Of a stretch of 64,000 bases of DNA, positions 39,365 through 53,183 are shown one piece after another. The first letter of the stretch is position 1. Each line of letters opens with the position of its first letter. Source of the DNA: Octopus vulgaris (taxonomy: Eukaryota); the NCBI GenBank assembly GCA_951406725.2, contig OX597835.1, positions 13,764,001-13,828,000 on the forward strand, read 5' to 3'. The notes under the pieces are model-generated. The model saw nothing but the letters and a program-made list of their open reading frames with translations. It did not search any database and was not told where the DNA came from. Both the position numbers and the translations under genes were made by a program.

Positions 39365-40627
39365 TGCAGATATATGTACACACATATATTCATATATATA
39401 TATATATATATATGCACATATACACATGCATGTATGTACATACACACACACACACACGCATGCATGCATGCACACACCCCACGCGCATTTATTTGGTCTA
39501 TCGCAATGTTGTTTACATTAGGAGATCCGTCCCTTGGGGTCTAAACACTCAAGGAGAGAGGAAGGACACTACAGTTGCCCACACAGTCCTCATTGTTAAA
39601 CAGCCACATGGAGGCGATGGCAGAGGGATGGGTGCGTGGGGGGGGGGGGGCGAGATCAGAAGGGGTCACACAAAAAACTGCTGCATAAGAAAGCAAAGTG
39701 GCCAACACAAGAGCTGCTTCGACTGATTTCAGGTGTTTATATTTTAGTGGAAGTGCTTTTACATTCTGATATGTTTTCAATGATTAGAAAGCAGAGTGAT
39801 TGAGTGAGAAGGTGGGGAAACAAAGAATGCTATTATTAGGTTCCTATAGCATATTTATAGAAACAATTCATTAAATGTGGGGCATATTTGCGCATGTCTT
39901 ATCAGTTTGTTTTTACTGTGAACTTTGGAACCTGTAAATAAGATGTGACCAACAAGATGATTTATTACTTTGCCACTTGAAAGCTGTAAACAAAAACAAA
40001 AAAAGAGAGAGAGAGAAGAGAAGAAAAGAAAAAGCATCTCAAAGGAGAGGTAAATAGTACAAGTTTGATTTGAAGAAAGAATAATAATAATAATAATGAC
40101 GATGATGATGATGATAATAATAATAAAAGATTGGCTGTATATGCAAGCGTAAGCAATGATTTATGAGCCGAGATGGGACAGAGTGATTTATATAGCACGG
40201 GACATGAGAAAAGAGAACAACAGTTGATGAGAAAGAAGAAGAAGAAGAGAGGAAATATATAGGACAGAGAGTGAGAGAGGGAGGGAGGTGGGACAAACAG
40301 ACAGACAGAGAAGAAATCAATATTACTGATGTTTGTCTGGCTAATGTTGCACATGACTTGGTTAAAGGATTTCTCAAGGAGATGGACAGTTTTTATCTCT
40401 TGTCTATTACGAAAAAACCAAAAAAGAACTTTGGTTGTGAAGAAGCGGCACCAGAATCAAGCACGAAATAGTATTTCTATTAAACAACAAATCTATTATG
40501 GTAAATGGAATCGTGCAAAAAAGAGAGAGAGAGAGAGAGAGAGAAAAGGATGAGGTAACTTGTATCAGCTTTGTTTCAGAATTGTATTTGGGAAGTGAAA
40601 GAAGTTTATTCATTCATTCATCAAAAC

Positions 40628-41533
40628 CAGGGGTTCTCAACCAGAGTTCAGACGGTCCTGGAGGGTCCATATGTTTTTTGGGGGTTTTTTTGGAGGGAGG
40701 GGGCACGCAATAATATTGCAAATTGAAGAAAAAAATCAAAATCAAAATCGATCAACATCAATGGAAATTGTAGCTGTGATACCAGTGCCGGTGGCACATA
40801 AGAGAACCATCCGAACGTGGCCGTTGCCAGCGCTGCCCTGACTGGCTTCCATGCCGGTGGCACGTAAAAAGCACCATCCGATTGTGGCATTGCCAGTACC
40901 GCCTGACTGGCCCCCGTGTCGGTGGCACGTAAAAAGCACCCACAACACTCTCGGAGTGGTTGGCATTAGGAAAGGCATCCAGCTGTAGAAACATTGCCAG
41001 ATCAGACTGGGCCTGGTGCAGCCTTCTGGCTTCCCAGACCCCAGTTGAACCGTCCAACCCATGCCAGCATGGAAAACGGGCGTTAAACGATGATGATGAT
41101 GATGAAGATTCACCGTAGCATTTTAAGGGACCCTGAAACAATTTTGCTCTAGATGTATGTATTGGTATGCATTGCAAGACACAGGTTTCTTTCTCTAACA
41201 TTTTACATAGATCGACCTCCACAAGTTAATGTGCGAAAAACAAAATAGTGATTTTGAAAGACATTTCTATAAAACTAGTTTACAAACATCAAGTGGCTAT
41301 AAGGATCCACCAGAATGAAATAGTAATCAAAAGGGTCTACAGATAAAAAAAACGGTCAAGAACCATGTTTTACTTAGTTCAGCCTACACAAGGGAGTGTG
41401 TGAGAAACAAAATAGGGATTTTGAAAGAAGTTTCTTTAAGACTAATTTTTAAAAATTGAATGGCTAAGAGGGTTCACAAGGATAAAATATTAATCAAAGG
41501 GGTTCGTAGGTAAAGAATGGTTGGGAACCCCTG
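40628..41533. mobile_element. hAT (Charlie-like) MITE with a nested (GAT)n-tailed retroelement at ~40735-41105
   Basis: TIRs CAGGGGTTCTCAACCA / TGGTTGGGAACCCCTG; degenerate 8-bp TSD atcaaaac / atttaaac. Confidence 0.75.
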
Positions 41534-42928
41534 ATTTAAACAGTCCGTTCTCATCATGCCAACAGAAGATGGACAAAGACAGTTCTGACAGCACCGCATT
41601 TTTTTTTTCTTTTAGTAGAATGTTCTTCCTATTACAACCTTTGGCTGTTTTGCAAGGAAGGCATTTTTATTCCACTTAACTTTTGAAAGAACCAAAAAAT
41701 ACCAAGTGCTAAGCTAAAGGTTGATTTCTTAACAGGGAATTTATCAATGCATTTGTTTAAGGAATTTCATGAAGAAGATGTCACACAATGTAAATATACA
41801 CTCGTATACATGCACTCACACACACATAATTCAATCAAGATGATCACTGAATTTGGAAACGTCGGTGTAAACTTCCCCAGTAGCTATGAGAAAAATAGGG
41901 TTAAAATACATGCAAGGGCTAGAAGCCTTTGACAGTAGCAAATACAAAAATGGTACAAAATATATGAAAAAAAAAAATTTGTATTACAGGAGTCGAAAGA
42001 GAAAAGGCAAAATATTAGTCTCTCTAGGACTGTGTCTCGGTTAATTGCACACTAAAGAAGGATGAGTAGGAAGTAGAAGAGGAAGGGGTGGAGGAGGAAG
42101 AAGAACAAGAGGAAGAAGAAAAGAAGCTTTAAGATCCGATAGAGTAATACAAGAGTTCCCCAAGAGGGGTCAAAATAACACATGGTCTCAACACCAAACC
42201 ATAATGGAGATTTATGGACACATCCCACCCATTTCTACTATTGGTGTCCAATGAAGAGATGCTCTGGGAGTTAAACAACAACAAATCAAAACATTACCGT
42301 CCACCCACCCTCCCTACTTCTTGAATTAATTGTAAATAATTATTGTTATTATCTTCTTCTACTAGTTTCAGTCACTAGACTGCAGCCATGCTGGAGCACA
42401 CCTTCAATTTTAAGTCGAATGAATCAACCCCAGCTCTGTTTTCTTTTTCAAGTCTGGTACTTGTTCCATTGATCTCTATTGCCAAACCACTAAGTTATAG
42501 GGACAGAAACACACCAGCACTGGTTGTCAAGCGATGGTGGCAGATGAACACAGACACAAAGACACACACATACAAAAATACATATATATATATATATATA
42601 TAAATACATATATATATATATAGACATGTATATATATATGTAATATATATACATGTATATATATATGTACATATATATATATATATATAAAATACAAAAT
42701 GGGACAAGAACACAAAACATCCGTGCAACAGCTATATTCCTCTCTGTGCCTGTGAAATCTTGTATCCCTACCGTAAGGCTTTACTTCCACATACGCCAGC
42801 TTAATTTAATTCGTCCTTAGTCGAAAGACACCTGTTGTTATGTCCTGTTATTTCTATTTGTGTAACATTCTCCGTTATATCCATGAGTGTGTGTGTGTGT
42901 GGAGAGAGGCATATATATATATATATAT

Positions 42929-43110
42929 ATATAATTCGAGACAAAACCACTATTTTAAAACCAAACAAGGAAAGACTTAATCAATACATAAAATTTTAAT
43001 ATAAATTAAATAATATTTATTTATTTTATTTAATTTATATTAAAATTTTATGTATTGATTAAGTCTTTCCTTGTTTGGTTTTAAAATAGTGGTTTTGTCT
43101 CGAATTATAT
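42929..43110. repeat. Perfect inverted repeat, 85-bp arms, 12-bp spacer
   Basis: 42929-43013 is the reverse complement of 43026-43110. Confidence 0.92.
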
Positions 43111-43447
43111 TATATAATATTTTACTATAAAATTGGATTTAACCCTAAATCTGATTTTTCCCTGTAATTTTGGATTCATTCCCTAATATTTATTATTATT
43201 TATATATATATATATATATATTATCATCATCATTTAGCGTCCGTTTTCCATGCTAGCATGGGTTGGACGGTTCAACTGGGGTCTGTGAAGCCGGAAGGCT
43301 TCATCAGGCCCAGTCAGATCTGGCAGTGTTTCTACGGCTGGATGCCCTTCCTAACACCAACCACTCCGTGAGTGTAGTGGGTGCTTTTTACGTGTCACCC
43401 GCACATTATATATATATATATATATTTATTATATAGAAGGAGCTTCA

Positions 43448-43601
43448 GTTGATTCGGGGTTAACCACAGTAAATAAGGTACTCAATACATAGCAGAGTAA
43501 AATTAATTTATTATATAGAAGGAGCTCCTTCTATATAATAAATTAATTTTACTCTGCTATGTATTGAGTACCTTACTTACTGTGGTTAACCCCGAATCAA
43601 C
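43448..43601. repeat. 154-bp palindrome with no spacer and one mismatch
   Basis: Centre GAAGGAG|CTCCTTC at 43524/43525. Confidence 0.92.
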
Positions 43602-43609
43602 CCGGGACC

Positions 43610-43693
<84 letters not shown>

Positions 43694-43887
43694 CACATAT
43701 GCACACATAAATAGCTTATTTATAAACTTATACACACACATACATATATACACACACCTACCCATATGTAAATATATACATATACATATATATATATACA
43801 CACACACACATAAATATATATATATACACATAAATATATACATATATATACATAAATAAATATATACATATATATATACATAAATAA

Positions 43888-43918
<31 letters not shown>

Positions 43919-43941
43919 TATATATATATATATATACATAA

Positions 43942-43979
<38 letters not shown>

Positions 43980-44460
43980 TAACTGGTAGAAAGTTGCCAA
44001 ACTGACTCAGAGGCTAAGAGTTTTGTGACACTTAGCAAAATACTCATATACACAAACACAGAAAGTGAGTGAGCAATAAAGAAAAAGACGGACAACAACA
44101 GAGAGAGAAACCAACACGTAGGAGGAAAAAGAGAGAGAGAATGAAATATTTAAATACACACCACGTAAAATATTAATGTGTGTGCGTGTGTGTGTGGGTG
44201 TGTGTGTTTGTTTACATTAGCATCTACTTTCATTGAGGTGTTTTATATTCTGAGGAAACTAAGTTTTTTTTTTTTTTTCAAATAAATACTGACAGCTGCT
44301 AACCTTCAGCAGTCAAATATGAACGAGAATTTTAATAACCATTGTCTTGTTGGAGGCAGTTCTTTGACTGAAATACACTCACACATACGCATATATATAT
44401 CTCCATATGTATGTATCTATATCCATGTGTGTGTGTATGTGTGCATATATGTGTATGTAT

Positions 44461-44496
<36 letters not shown>

Positions 44497-45488
44497 TGAT
44501 ATGTATGTATCATATATGTGTATGTATGTATGTCATCATCATCGTTTAACGTCCGCTTCCCATGCTAGCATGGGTTGGACACTGAGGGCTGGCAACCAGA
44601 TGGCTGCACCAGGCTCGTCTTGAATGCCCTTCCTTTACGTGCCACCTGCACGGGGGCCAGTCAGGCGGTACTGGCACCTCGTCGAATCCACGTGCCACCG
44701 ACACAGGTGCCAGTGAAGTGACGTTGGTAACGATCACGCTCGAATGGTGCCCTTTTACATGCCACAGGTACGGAAGCCAGTTGGCTGCTCTGGTAACGAT
44801 CACAACGATCATGCTCGGATGGTGTTCTTGATAAAAGCGAGGGAGAGTCCGAGAGAAAAGAAAAGTAAGAGAGTGGGAAAGTGAGAGAGAAACAAAGAGG
44901 GAGAATCATCATCGTTTAACGTCCGTTTTCCGTGCTAGCACGGGTTGGACAGTTTGACCGGGGTCTGGGAAGCCAGGAGGCTGCACCAGGCTCCAGTCTG
45001 ATCTGGCAGTGTTTCTACAGGTGGATGACCTTCCTAACGCCAACCACTCTGTGAGAGTAGTGGGTGCTTTTTTCGTGCCGCTGGCACAGGTGCCAGGGGG
45101 GCTCGCAGCGGCAACGATCAGTTGATGCTTTTTACGTGCCACCGGCACAGAAGCCAGTCAAGGCGGCGCTGCAATCGGCCACGTTCGGATGGCGCTTTTT
45201 ACGAGCTGAAAGGAAGCAACTGAAAGTAACAACCACACTCTTACCCGCGCGTAGAGTGGGTCACCTTCAGCTAGTATATATATATTAGTAGGCAATATAA
45301 TTCCAAAACTTAAAGGGAAAAATTCAATTTAACAATTTTAAATCAAATTTCACAATATATAATATTGTATTTTATTGATTTTTAAAATAAGGTTTTTTTA
45401 TAGTATATGTTTTCTATATGGTGTGAATAACATATTTCTTTATTGAATTGTTTAATAGAGGTTTTTCTCTAAATTATATAATACATAT

Positions 45489-45875
45489 AGGTGCAGGAGT
45501 GGCTGTGTGGTAAGTAGCTTGCTTACAACAAAAATGGTTCCGGGTTCAGTCTCACTGCGTGGCACCTTGGGCAAGTGTCTTCTACTATAGCCTCGGGCCA
45601 ACCAAAGCTGTGTGAGTGGATTTGGTAGGTGGAAACTGAAAGAAGCCCGTTGTATATATGTATACATATGCGTCTGTGTTTGTCCCTCCAACATCGCTTG
45701 ACAACCGATGCTGGTGTGTTTATGTCCACGTAACTTAGTGGTTCAGCAAAAGAGACTGATAGAATAAGTACTAGGCTTACAAAGAATAAGTCCTGGGGGT
45801 CGATTTCCTCGACTAAAGGCAGTGCTCCAGCATGGCCACAGTGAAATGACTGAAACAAGTAAAAGAGTAAAAGAG
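45489..45875 (+). mobile_element. SINE family A
   Basis: Full-length copy. Confidence 0.85.
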
Positions 45876-46238
45876 TATACACACACACACACTTTCTCTC
45901 CTCTACTGGTTTCAGCCAAACATTGGGACCATGCTGGAGCGCCACCTCTCAGTGTGTTTCTGTTTCATTTCTATACTGTTTTTGGTAAAGTAGCTAATCA
46001 AACAGAGCCGCACTTCCTTGTACCTCCTACCTCTGTGTGGATTCATCTGGTATTTCAGAAAAAAATTTGTCCAAGCACTCCTTGAAGACCTTCACATCTA
46101 CACCTTACAAATCTCTGAGCTTGTTTGACGGAATGTTGAATAGTTGTGGATCTCCAGAACCCAGGTTGTTACAGCACTGGGTGCTTATTCAAGATGGCAA
46201 AGACAAGATCTTTGTGTGTGTATATATATATATATATA

Positions 46239-46542
46239 CTAGCTTAAGGTGACCACTCATATTGATGATGAAAAGTGGAGGGAAGGAAGGAAAGAGAGAG
46301 ATCGAGGAAAACAGGGTGATATCCGAAAATGAGAAACAACAAACACTTGTCAAAGTCTGGGTTTTGTTGTCCTAGTAACCACAGCTTTTGAGATAGGCAT
46401 GTCTAACCTAATCCTGTTGCTTCCTCGCCTCTCTTTACATGTCCCTGTAAATTTTGGAGCCGATCCAACCCCATCTACCGCCCCTTAAATCGTTCCCCTC
46501 CCAAAACGAGACAAATTTTTCGCGTTTCAGCTTTATAGATAT

Positions 46543-46545
<3 letters not shown>
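46239..46545 (-). mobile_element. Possible second-family non-autonomous Helitron
   Basis: Minus strand begins A|TCAATATCTATAAAGCTGAA and ends CTAG|T within (TA)n; the subterminal hairpin is weak. Confidence 0.45.
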
Positions 46546-46585
<40 letters not shown>

Positions 46586-47055
46586 ATTTATTTATTACCA
46601 AACTAACATGGCAGCCCAGAGAAATAAGACAAATGCTGCTGTTGATTAGCTCCAAGAGGCTATTGCCTCTAGCTAGCTATATGACGCACGAACCTGCGTC
46701 CATAAACCTTTGCTGCTGTATCTCTCCTTCCGAGAGAAATTAGAAATTATATCATTTCTATTTATATATATATATATCATCATCATCATCATCATCATCA
46801 TCGTTTAACGTCCGTTTTCCGCGCTAGCACGGGTTGGACGGTTTGACCGGGGTCTAGGAAGCCAGAGGCCTGCTCCAGGCTCCAGTCTGATCTGGCAGAG
46901 TTTCTACGGCTGGATGCCCTTCCTAACGCCAACCACTCCGCGAGTGGATTGGGTGCTTTTTACGTGCCACCTGCACAGGGGCCGGAGGGTCCGGCATCGG
47001 TCACGATCGGATTCGAGCATTTTAACGTGTCAGCGGCACGGGGGCAACGAGGTCC

Positions 47056-47147
47056 GGGGTACTTTGGGGATTGGGGTATTTTGGGGATCCAGGGTACTTT
47101 GGGGATCCGGGGTACTTTGGGGATCCGGGGTACTTTGGGGATCCGGG
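47056..47147 (+). repeat. 18-bp G-rich minisatellite (GGGGTACTTTGGGGATCC)x~5
   Basis: Direct reading. Confidence 0.9.
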
Positions 47148-47606
47148 ATATACATATATATATATTTATACATACACACACGAGTGCACGTGCGTGTGTG
47201 CACACATACACACACATACACACACATATGTATATATATCTACACCCACACATATACAGCCCACTTTCTGTTCTGGTTTGAACCCATTATCATTCAATGA
47301 TGCTACTGTTATCTTTCAAGAAAGCATGAATGAATTACAACAGCAGTAGTAGTAGTAGTAGTAGCACCACTCAGCTGAACCAGTCTTGTGACTAGTTTTT
47401 GCTGGTTACGTTCTGACTTCAATAGTACTGGTGCCCTGTCAAAAAAAAGAAGCAAAAAACAAAGCAAAAACCCCCACTTAATACACTCTGTATAGTAGTT
47501 AGCATTAAGCAGGACATCCAGCCGTAGAAACCATGGCAAAGCAGACACTGGAGTCTGGCACCTTTCTCCAACCTAATTGGGGGCTGTCAAACCATTTGAC
47601 CCATAC

Positions 47607-48242
47607 CTATTTCTTTATTACCCACAAGGGGCTAAACACAGAGATGACAAACAAGGACAGACATAGGTATTAAGTCGATTACATCGACCCCAGTGCGTAA
47701 CTGGGACTTAATTTATTGACCCTGAAAGGATGAAAGGCAAAGTCGACCTCAGCGGAATTTGAACTCAGAACGTAACGGCAGACGAAATACCTATTTCTTT
47801 ATTACCCACAAGGGGCTAAACACAGAGGGGACAAACAAGGACAGACATAGGTATTAAGTCGATTACATCGACCCCAGTGCGTAACTGGGACTTAATTTAT
47901 TGACCCTGAAAGGATGAAAGACAAAGTCGACCTCGGCGGAATTTGAACTCAGAACGTAACGGCAGACGAAATACGGCTACGCATTTCGCCCGGCGTGCTA
48001 ACGTTTCTGCCGACCCATACCTATTTCTTTATTACCCACAAGGGGCTAAACACAGAGAGGACAAACAAGGACAGACATAAGTTATTAAGTCGATTACATC
48101 GACCCCAGTGCGTAACTGGTACTTAATTTATCAAACCCGAAAGGATGAAAGGCAAAGTCAACCTCGGCGGAATTTGAACTCAGAACGTAACGGCAGATGA
48201 AATACGGCTACGCATTTCGCCCGGCATGCTAACGTTTCTGCT
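47607..48242 (-). mobile_element. SINE family B dimer plus monomer with triplicated target sequence
   Basis: GACCCATAC at 47598, 48012 and 48243; unit junction at 47790. Confidence 0.85.
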
Positions 48243-50714
48243 GACCCATACCAGCATGGAAGACAGATGTCTGATGATGATGATGATGATGATGTATTTC
48301 CTGAGTAATGATTAGAAAAAAAATTTATTCTTTTTTTTAAAAATTAGATAGTTTTACTGCAACTATAAAGAACAGGAAGAATGAAAAAAGAAACATGTAA
48401 CGTTATATAGCAATTCAAACCTTGCAACTGGCGCCAACAGTCCTGAAATACTTCTGTCACCTGGCACTACAGTCTAATTAATGGGGATATATTATTAATG
48501 AAATAAAGTAACAAACAAAATAAATGTAACAACAACTGTCCCAGAATTGATTCCGTGTCAGGAGTAGTTTTGAGATTTACTGCTGTAACGCTGGAGATTG
48601 ATACTTTGTTTGAATCATCAGTCGTGTTTAAACAAGAATTTAGATTCTCAATTGTACTTTTGGAAATCAGTTACCCTCTCGTGGCTATATTCCTATGCCT
48701 GCATGGAGTCAAGAGATGGGAACTTCTCAGCTGGAGAGACATGTGCCCAAGAGGATGAATGAATGAACACAAGCACCATAATAATAAGGCTTTCAAACTT
48801 TGGCACAGGGCCAGCAGTTTTTGAGGGGAGGGGGAAGTCCATTACATCAACCCCCAGTACTAGACTGGTATTTGTTTTATTAATTCTAAAAGGATGAAAA
48901 GCAGAGTCAACCTTGGCAGAGTTTCGGATGCTTTACATCCAATCATTATTCTTCATTTAGGGATAGCAGTAAACGCAATAGCACAGGGCTTAGTAAATTG
49001 GTTTGGTATCTTAAAGACAAGAATAAGGATTTTAAGTTAGATTGGTTCATCCTGTCCATCTCTTTCCCTTATGACAAGGGCAAAAGATTCTGTAACATTT
49101 GCAACTCTGAACTTTTCCATATTCTCTTCTCTAAGAATCACCTTGTTAACACACTTATTGAGTGATCTTACAAATGGAAAACTGGCAGAAACATACCTTT
49201 AGCTCATATAAGTGATTTATACCAGTCTGTATAGTTTGAACATTTAGTTCACCTTGCACTTTACTTCAATAGAGAAATCTACTTCCAACCCGTTGAACAT
49301 TTTTTCAACCAACATATCCCTCTATATTTCTCCTTATCATTTCTTTACCCCTTCTCTTTCTATGATCTACTGTTGACGTCAGATCTACTAACGGTTATTT
49401 TTTAAAATACTTAATAGCGTTCTGTTTATCATTTATGCAGTCATCAAAATTGTTATAATGTCTTGTTGTTGAGATGGGTTCCTTTTCTTTCCTGATGAGA
49501 AGATTACATTATTTTACATTGTTTATTCCTTTGGAATAAAACCAATGTTGTCTTCAAAACATATGCCGAAAGTAAAAGAATTTGAATAACATCTGCGTTC
49601 AACTCCATTTATTTACTTATATATAATATATATATATTTTTTCTCAACATATGGCCCTTAAACACCCTTCCAGCAGCCCCTGACAGTCTTCCCACTATAT
49701 ATAATATAATAATTTTTTCCTTGATTAACAGGAGTCTTGCTTTTTTGGTGCAGCCCCATAAAAAAATTCAGGTTCCGAATCAACCCCGAATATTAAAAAC
49801 TGAGAATCATCGGAATGGACTTTTCTAAAAGCACCATTGATACCAAAATATTGGTTTCTAAAATAGGCAACAGGCCAGGAATTTGACAGGCAAAAGAAAG
49901 TACTTGACTGGTACTTTATGTTATCGATCATAAAAGGACGAAGGGGCAAAGTTCACCTTGGCAAGATTTGAAATCTGAATGTTAAAAAGTCAGGCTGAAT
50001 ACCAAGAGGCACATTATCCAACATTCTTAACTTATTAGCAACGAAATATTTATTTCTGTCATTTGGTACAAGGCCAAAACTAGGGGGGGGGGGGGGCGAG
50101 AGGGCAGGTGACAGATTAGTTGATCATAACCCAAGTACGTAACTGGTACTTATTTAATCCCAATAAAAAATTACCATCACAACAAAAATATTCTCATGTC
50201 AGAAGTCATCATTATCATTAGTTCTTAACAACAAAAACAAAATCTGACTGGCTTCACTATCATCTCAATAACTATTAATATCATCATTATTATTATTATT
50301 ATTATTATCATCATCACTGACAACAGACACCAACTGTTTACTATCATCATTTATTATCATTTCAGTCAGTACTATATATCATACATTGTAATCATCTCTG
50401 ACACTTCGCAATAAGCTTTATCTCCTTCATCATCATTATCATCATCATGACAATAATTATCTTCACAATTATAGCCATGACTACCATCATCATCATCATC
50501 ATCATTTATCATCATGACTAGAATTCTCATTACTATCATCACTGTCATCACCACCACAATAATTGTCATCATTGACCACAAACCAATGTGTTTAGAGCAT
50601 TGAAGCAGCCAGATACTACAAGGATACAAGAGTATTTTATGGGGATGGCACAGGATAGCTACAGCAAGGAAGTGGGGAGAGCGTCAGAATGGCAATGGGA
50701 AGAGCAACAATAAA

Positions 50715-51266
50715 TTAATGGGGACAGCAACTGAAAGTTAATGGGGACAGCCACTGAAAGTTAATGGGGACAGCAACTGGAATTTAATGGGGACAGCCAC
50801 TGAAAGTTAATGGGGACAGCCACTGAAAGTTATTGGGGACAGCCACTGAAAGTTAATGGGGACAGCTACTGAAAGTTAATGGGGACAGCTACTGAACGTT
50901 AATGGGGACAACCACTGAACGTTAATGGGGACAGCCACTGAAAGTTAATGGGGACAGCCACTGAAAGTTAATGGGGACAGCCACTGAAAGTTAATGGGGA
51001 CAGCAACTGAAAGTTAATGGGTACAGCCACTGAAAGTTAATGGAGACAGCAACTGAAAGTTAATGGGGACAGTAAGAGAATGTTCTGAGTTCACATTCTA
51101 GTGAGGTCAACTTTGTCTTTCATCCTTTTGGGGTTGATAAAATAAGTACCAGTTGAGTATTGGTGTCAATGTAATCGACGAGTTCCCTCCCCCAAAATTC
51201 CAGGCCTTGCGCTTATAGTTAATGGGAACAGCAACTGAAAGTCAATGAGGATAGCAACTGAAAGTT
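50715..51266. repeat. 23-bp minisatellite (TTAATGGGGACAGCCACTGAAAG)n, ~15 copies plus 2 more after a SINE fragment at ~51080-51217
   Basis: Period 23 (units start at 50715, 50738, 50761, ...). Confidence 0.95.
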
Positions 51267-53183
51267 ATATCATCATCATCATTTAACGTCCGTTTTCCAT
51301 GCTAGCATGCGTTGGACAGTTCGACCGGGGTCTGGGAAGTCAGGAGGCTGCACCAGGATCCAGTCTGATCTGGCAGTGTTTCTACAGTTGGATGCCCTTC
51401 CTAAAGCCAACTACTCTGTGAGTGTAGTGGGTGCTTTTTACATGCCAACTGGCACAGGGGCCAGAGGAGGCTGGCAATGGCCATGATCAGTTGGTGCTTT
51501 TTATGTGCCACAGGCACGGACGCCAGTAAAGGCGGCGCTGGCATCGGCCACGTTCGGATGGTGATTTTTACGTGCCACCGGCATGGGCCATACACACACA
51601 GAAGAGCCTTGGTTTACAAATGGCTCTTATCACAAACAAATCAGTTTATGAACAATTTTCGAGCATGAAATGTCTCAGGTGATGAATAGGGTCTCAAGTA
51701 AGGAAACACACAAGCCAGCAACAAAACTGGAATATCAGTGGGACAACATCAGCTGCTATCTAGCTTTCACTGAGTGCACATCCTGGCTCAAATCCATTGT
51801 ACTTTTTCTTGAATTTTTTGTGGGACAAATAGGTTTTGATTTACAAAAATTTCAATGAATGGGTTTCAAGAATAAATTAAATTTTAAAACTGAGGTTCCA
51901 CTGTATACATAGACAAACATAAGTTCCTTATCTGAAGGCATAAAAAGCCATATTAAACACAGCCTAATTTTAAAAGTGCATATTCAAGAAAAAGGGGGTT
52001 TAGTGCATGTAATATAGGCCAAACTTTGCCTATAGAACTTGGGTCGGTTTTGGAAACATTTTTGGTGAGGAAAAATGTGCATCTTTATATGTCTTCAGAT
52101 ACCGTAGTTTAGTTGATTGAAAAAACTGGAATAATCATCATGCAAACTGGTGGAGATCCTTTTACAATAATAATAATAGGAAGAAAAAAAAACAGTTACT
52201 TCACTTAGTCAATTAAAGTAGAAAAGACAAAAAAAAAAAACTTCATACCTCTTAAGATGATAAGAGAAGAAATCTGATAACGAGACGCACTAATTAGTTT
52301 TAAAAAAAAAAACCAAAAAAAACTCTTACCTGACCTTTGACTTCTGTTATACATAATCTATAAAAGTACATATAGAGAAGTGTGAAACAAACGTCAGTGT
52401 TGCCTTAAAGGGTTACCAGGTCGGGAATCGTCCCAAACAGAAGTAAAATATTAAATTGGGAAACTATTAGATCAGCTTCAGACGTGCTTTGGTTGTTTGT
52501 TATTGCTTTACTATCGATGACATTATTAAATAAACGGACAGACATTATACGCAAAATGACAAGAGAATGGTATTCTGAGAGACTAAATAATGTTTATCGA
52601 AGATTTGGGAAGCAAAGTTGATAAAAGCCGTAATCTTACATAATTACATCTTGTGAAACACTGCTTCGTGTCATCGACTTCTTGTTACGTTTGTGTTTTA
52701 TTGGTTTTTGTGTCTTTGCCATGATCGATAGACCATACACACACACACACACACACAGCATCACCATTGTCATCATCATCATCGTCGTTTAACATCTGTT
52801 TTCCATAGCGTCAAGGGTTGGACAGCTTGGGCCAAAGAACTGCACCTAGCTTTGATGTCTGCTTTGGCATGGTTTCCAAATGCCAGTCACTAGTGCTGGT
52901 ACCACTGACCACAGTGGCACCAGCACTATTGACCAAGTATCTTGCAAAACAAGACCCCAAAACTGGTAGGGAAGAGGAAGGAAGGTGGCTATATGCAAAG
53001 TGATGAGAAAGGAACAACCAGCTTACAGAGTGTTCTGGGTGCTTTTTACCTGGCATTAACATCAGTGAGGTAACCAAGTAACATGCAAGAAAAAGACCCT
53101 TCAAATGGGGTGGGAGCAGTATCAAGGGAAAAAGGCTTTATGCAAGGTGAGGAGAGATAGATACAGAAACACATTTAGTCACA

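Noticed and set aside
50715-51072. 23-bp repeat array as a CRISPR
   Set aside because: Contiguous tandem units with no unique spacers; an ordinary minisatellite
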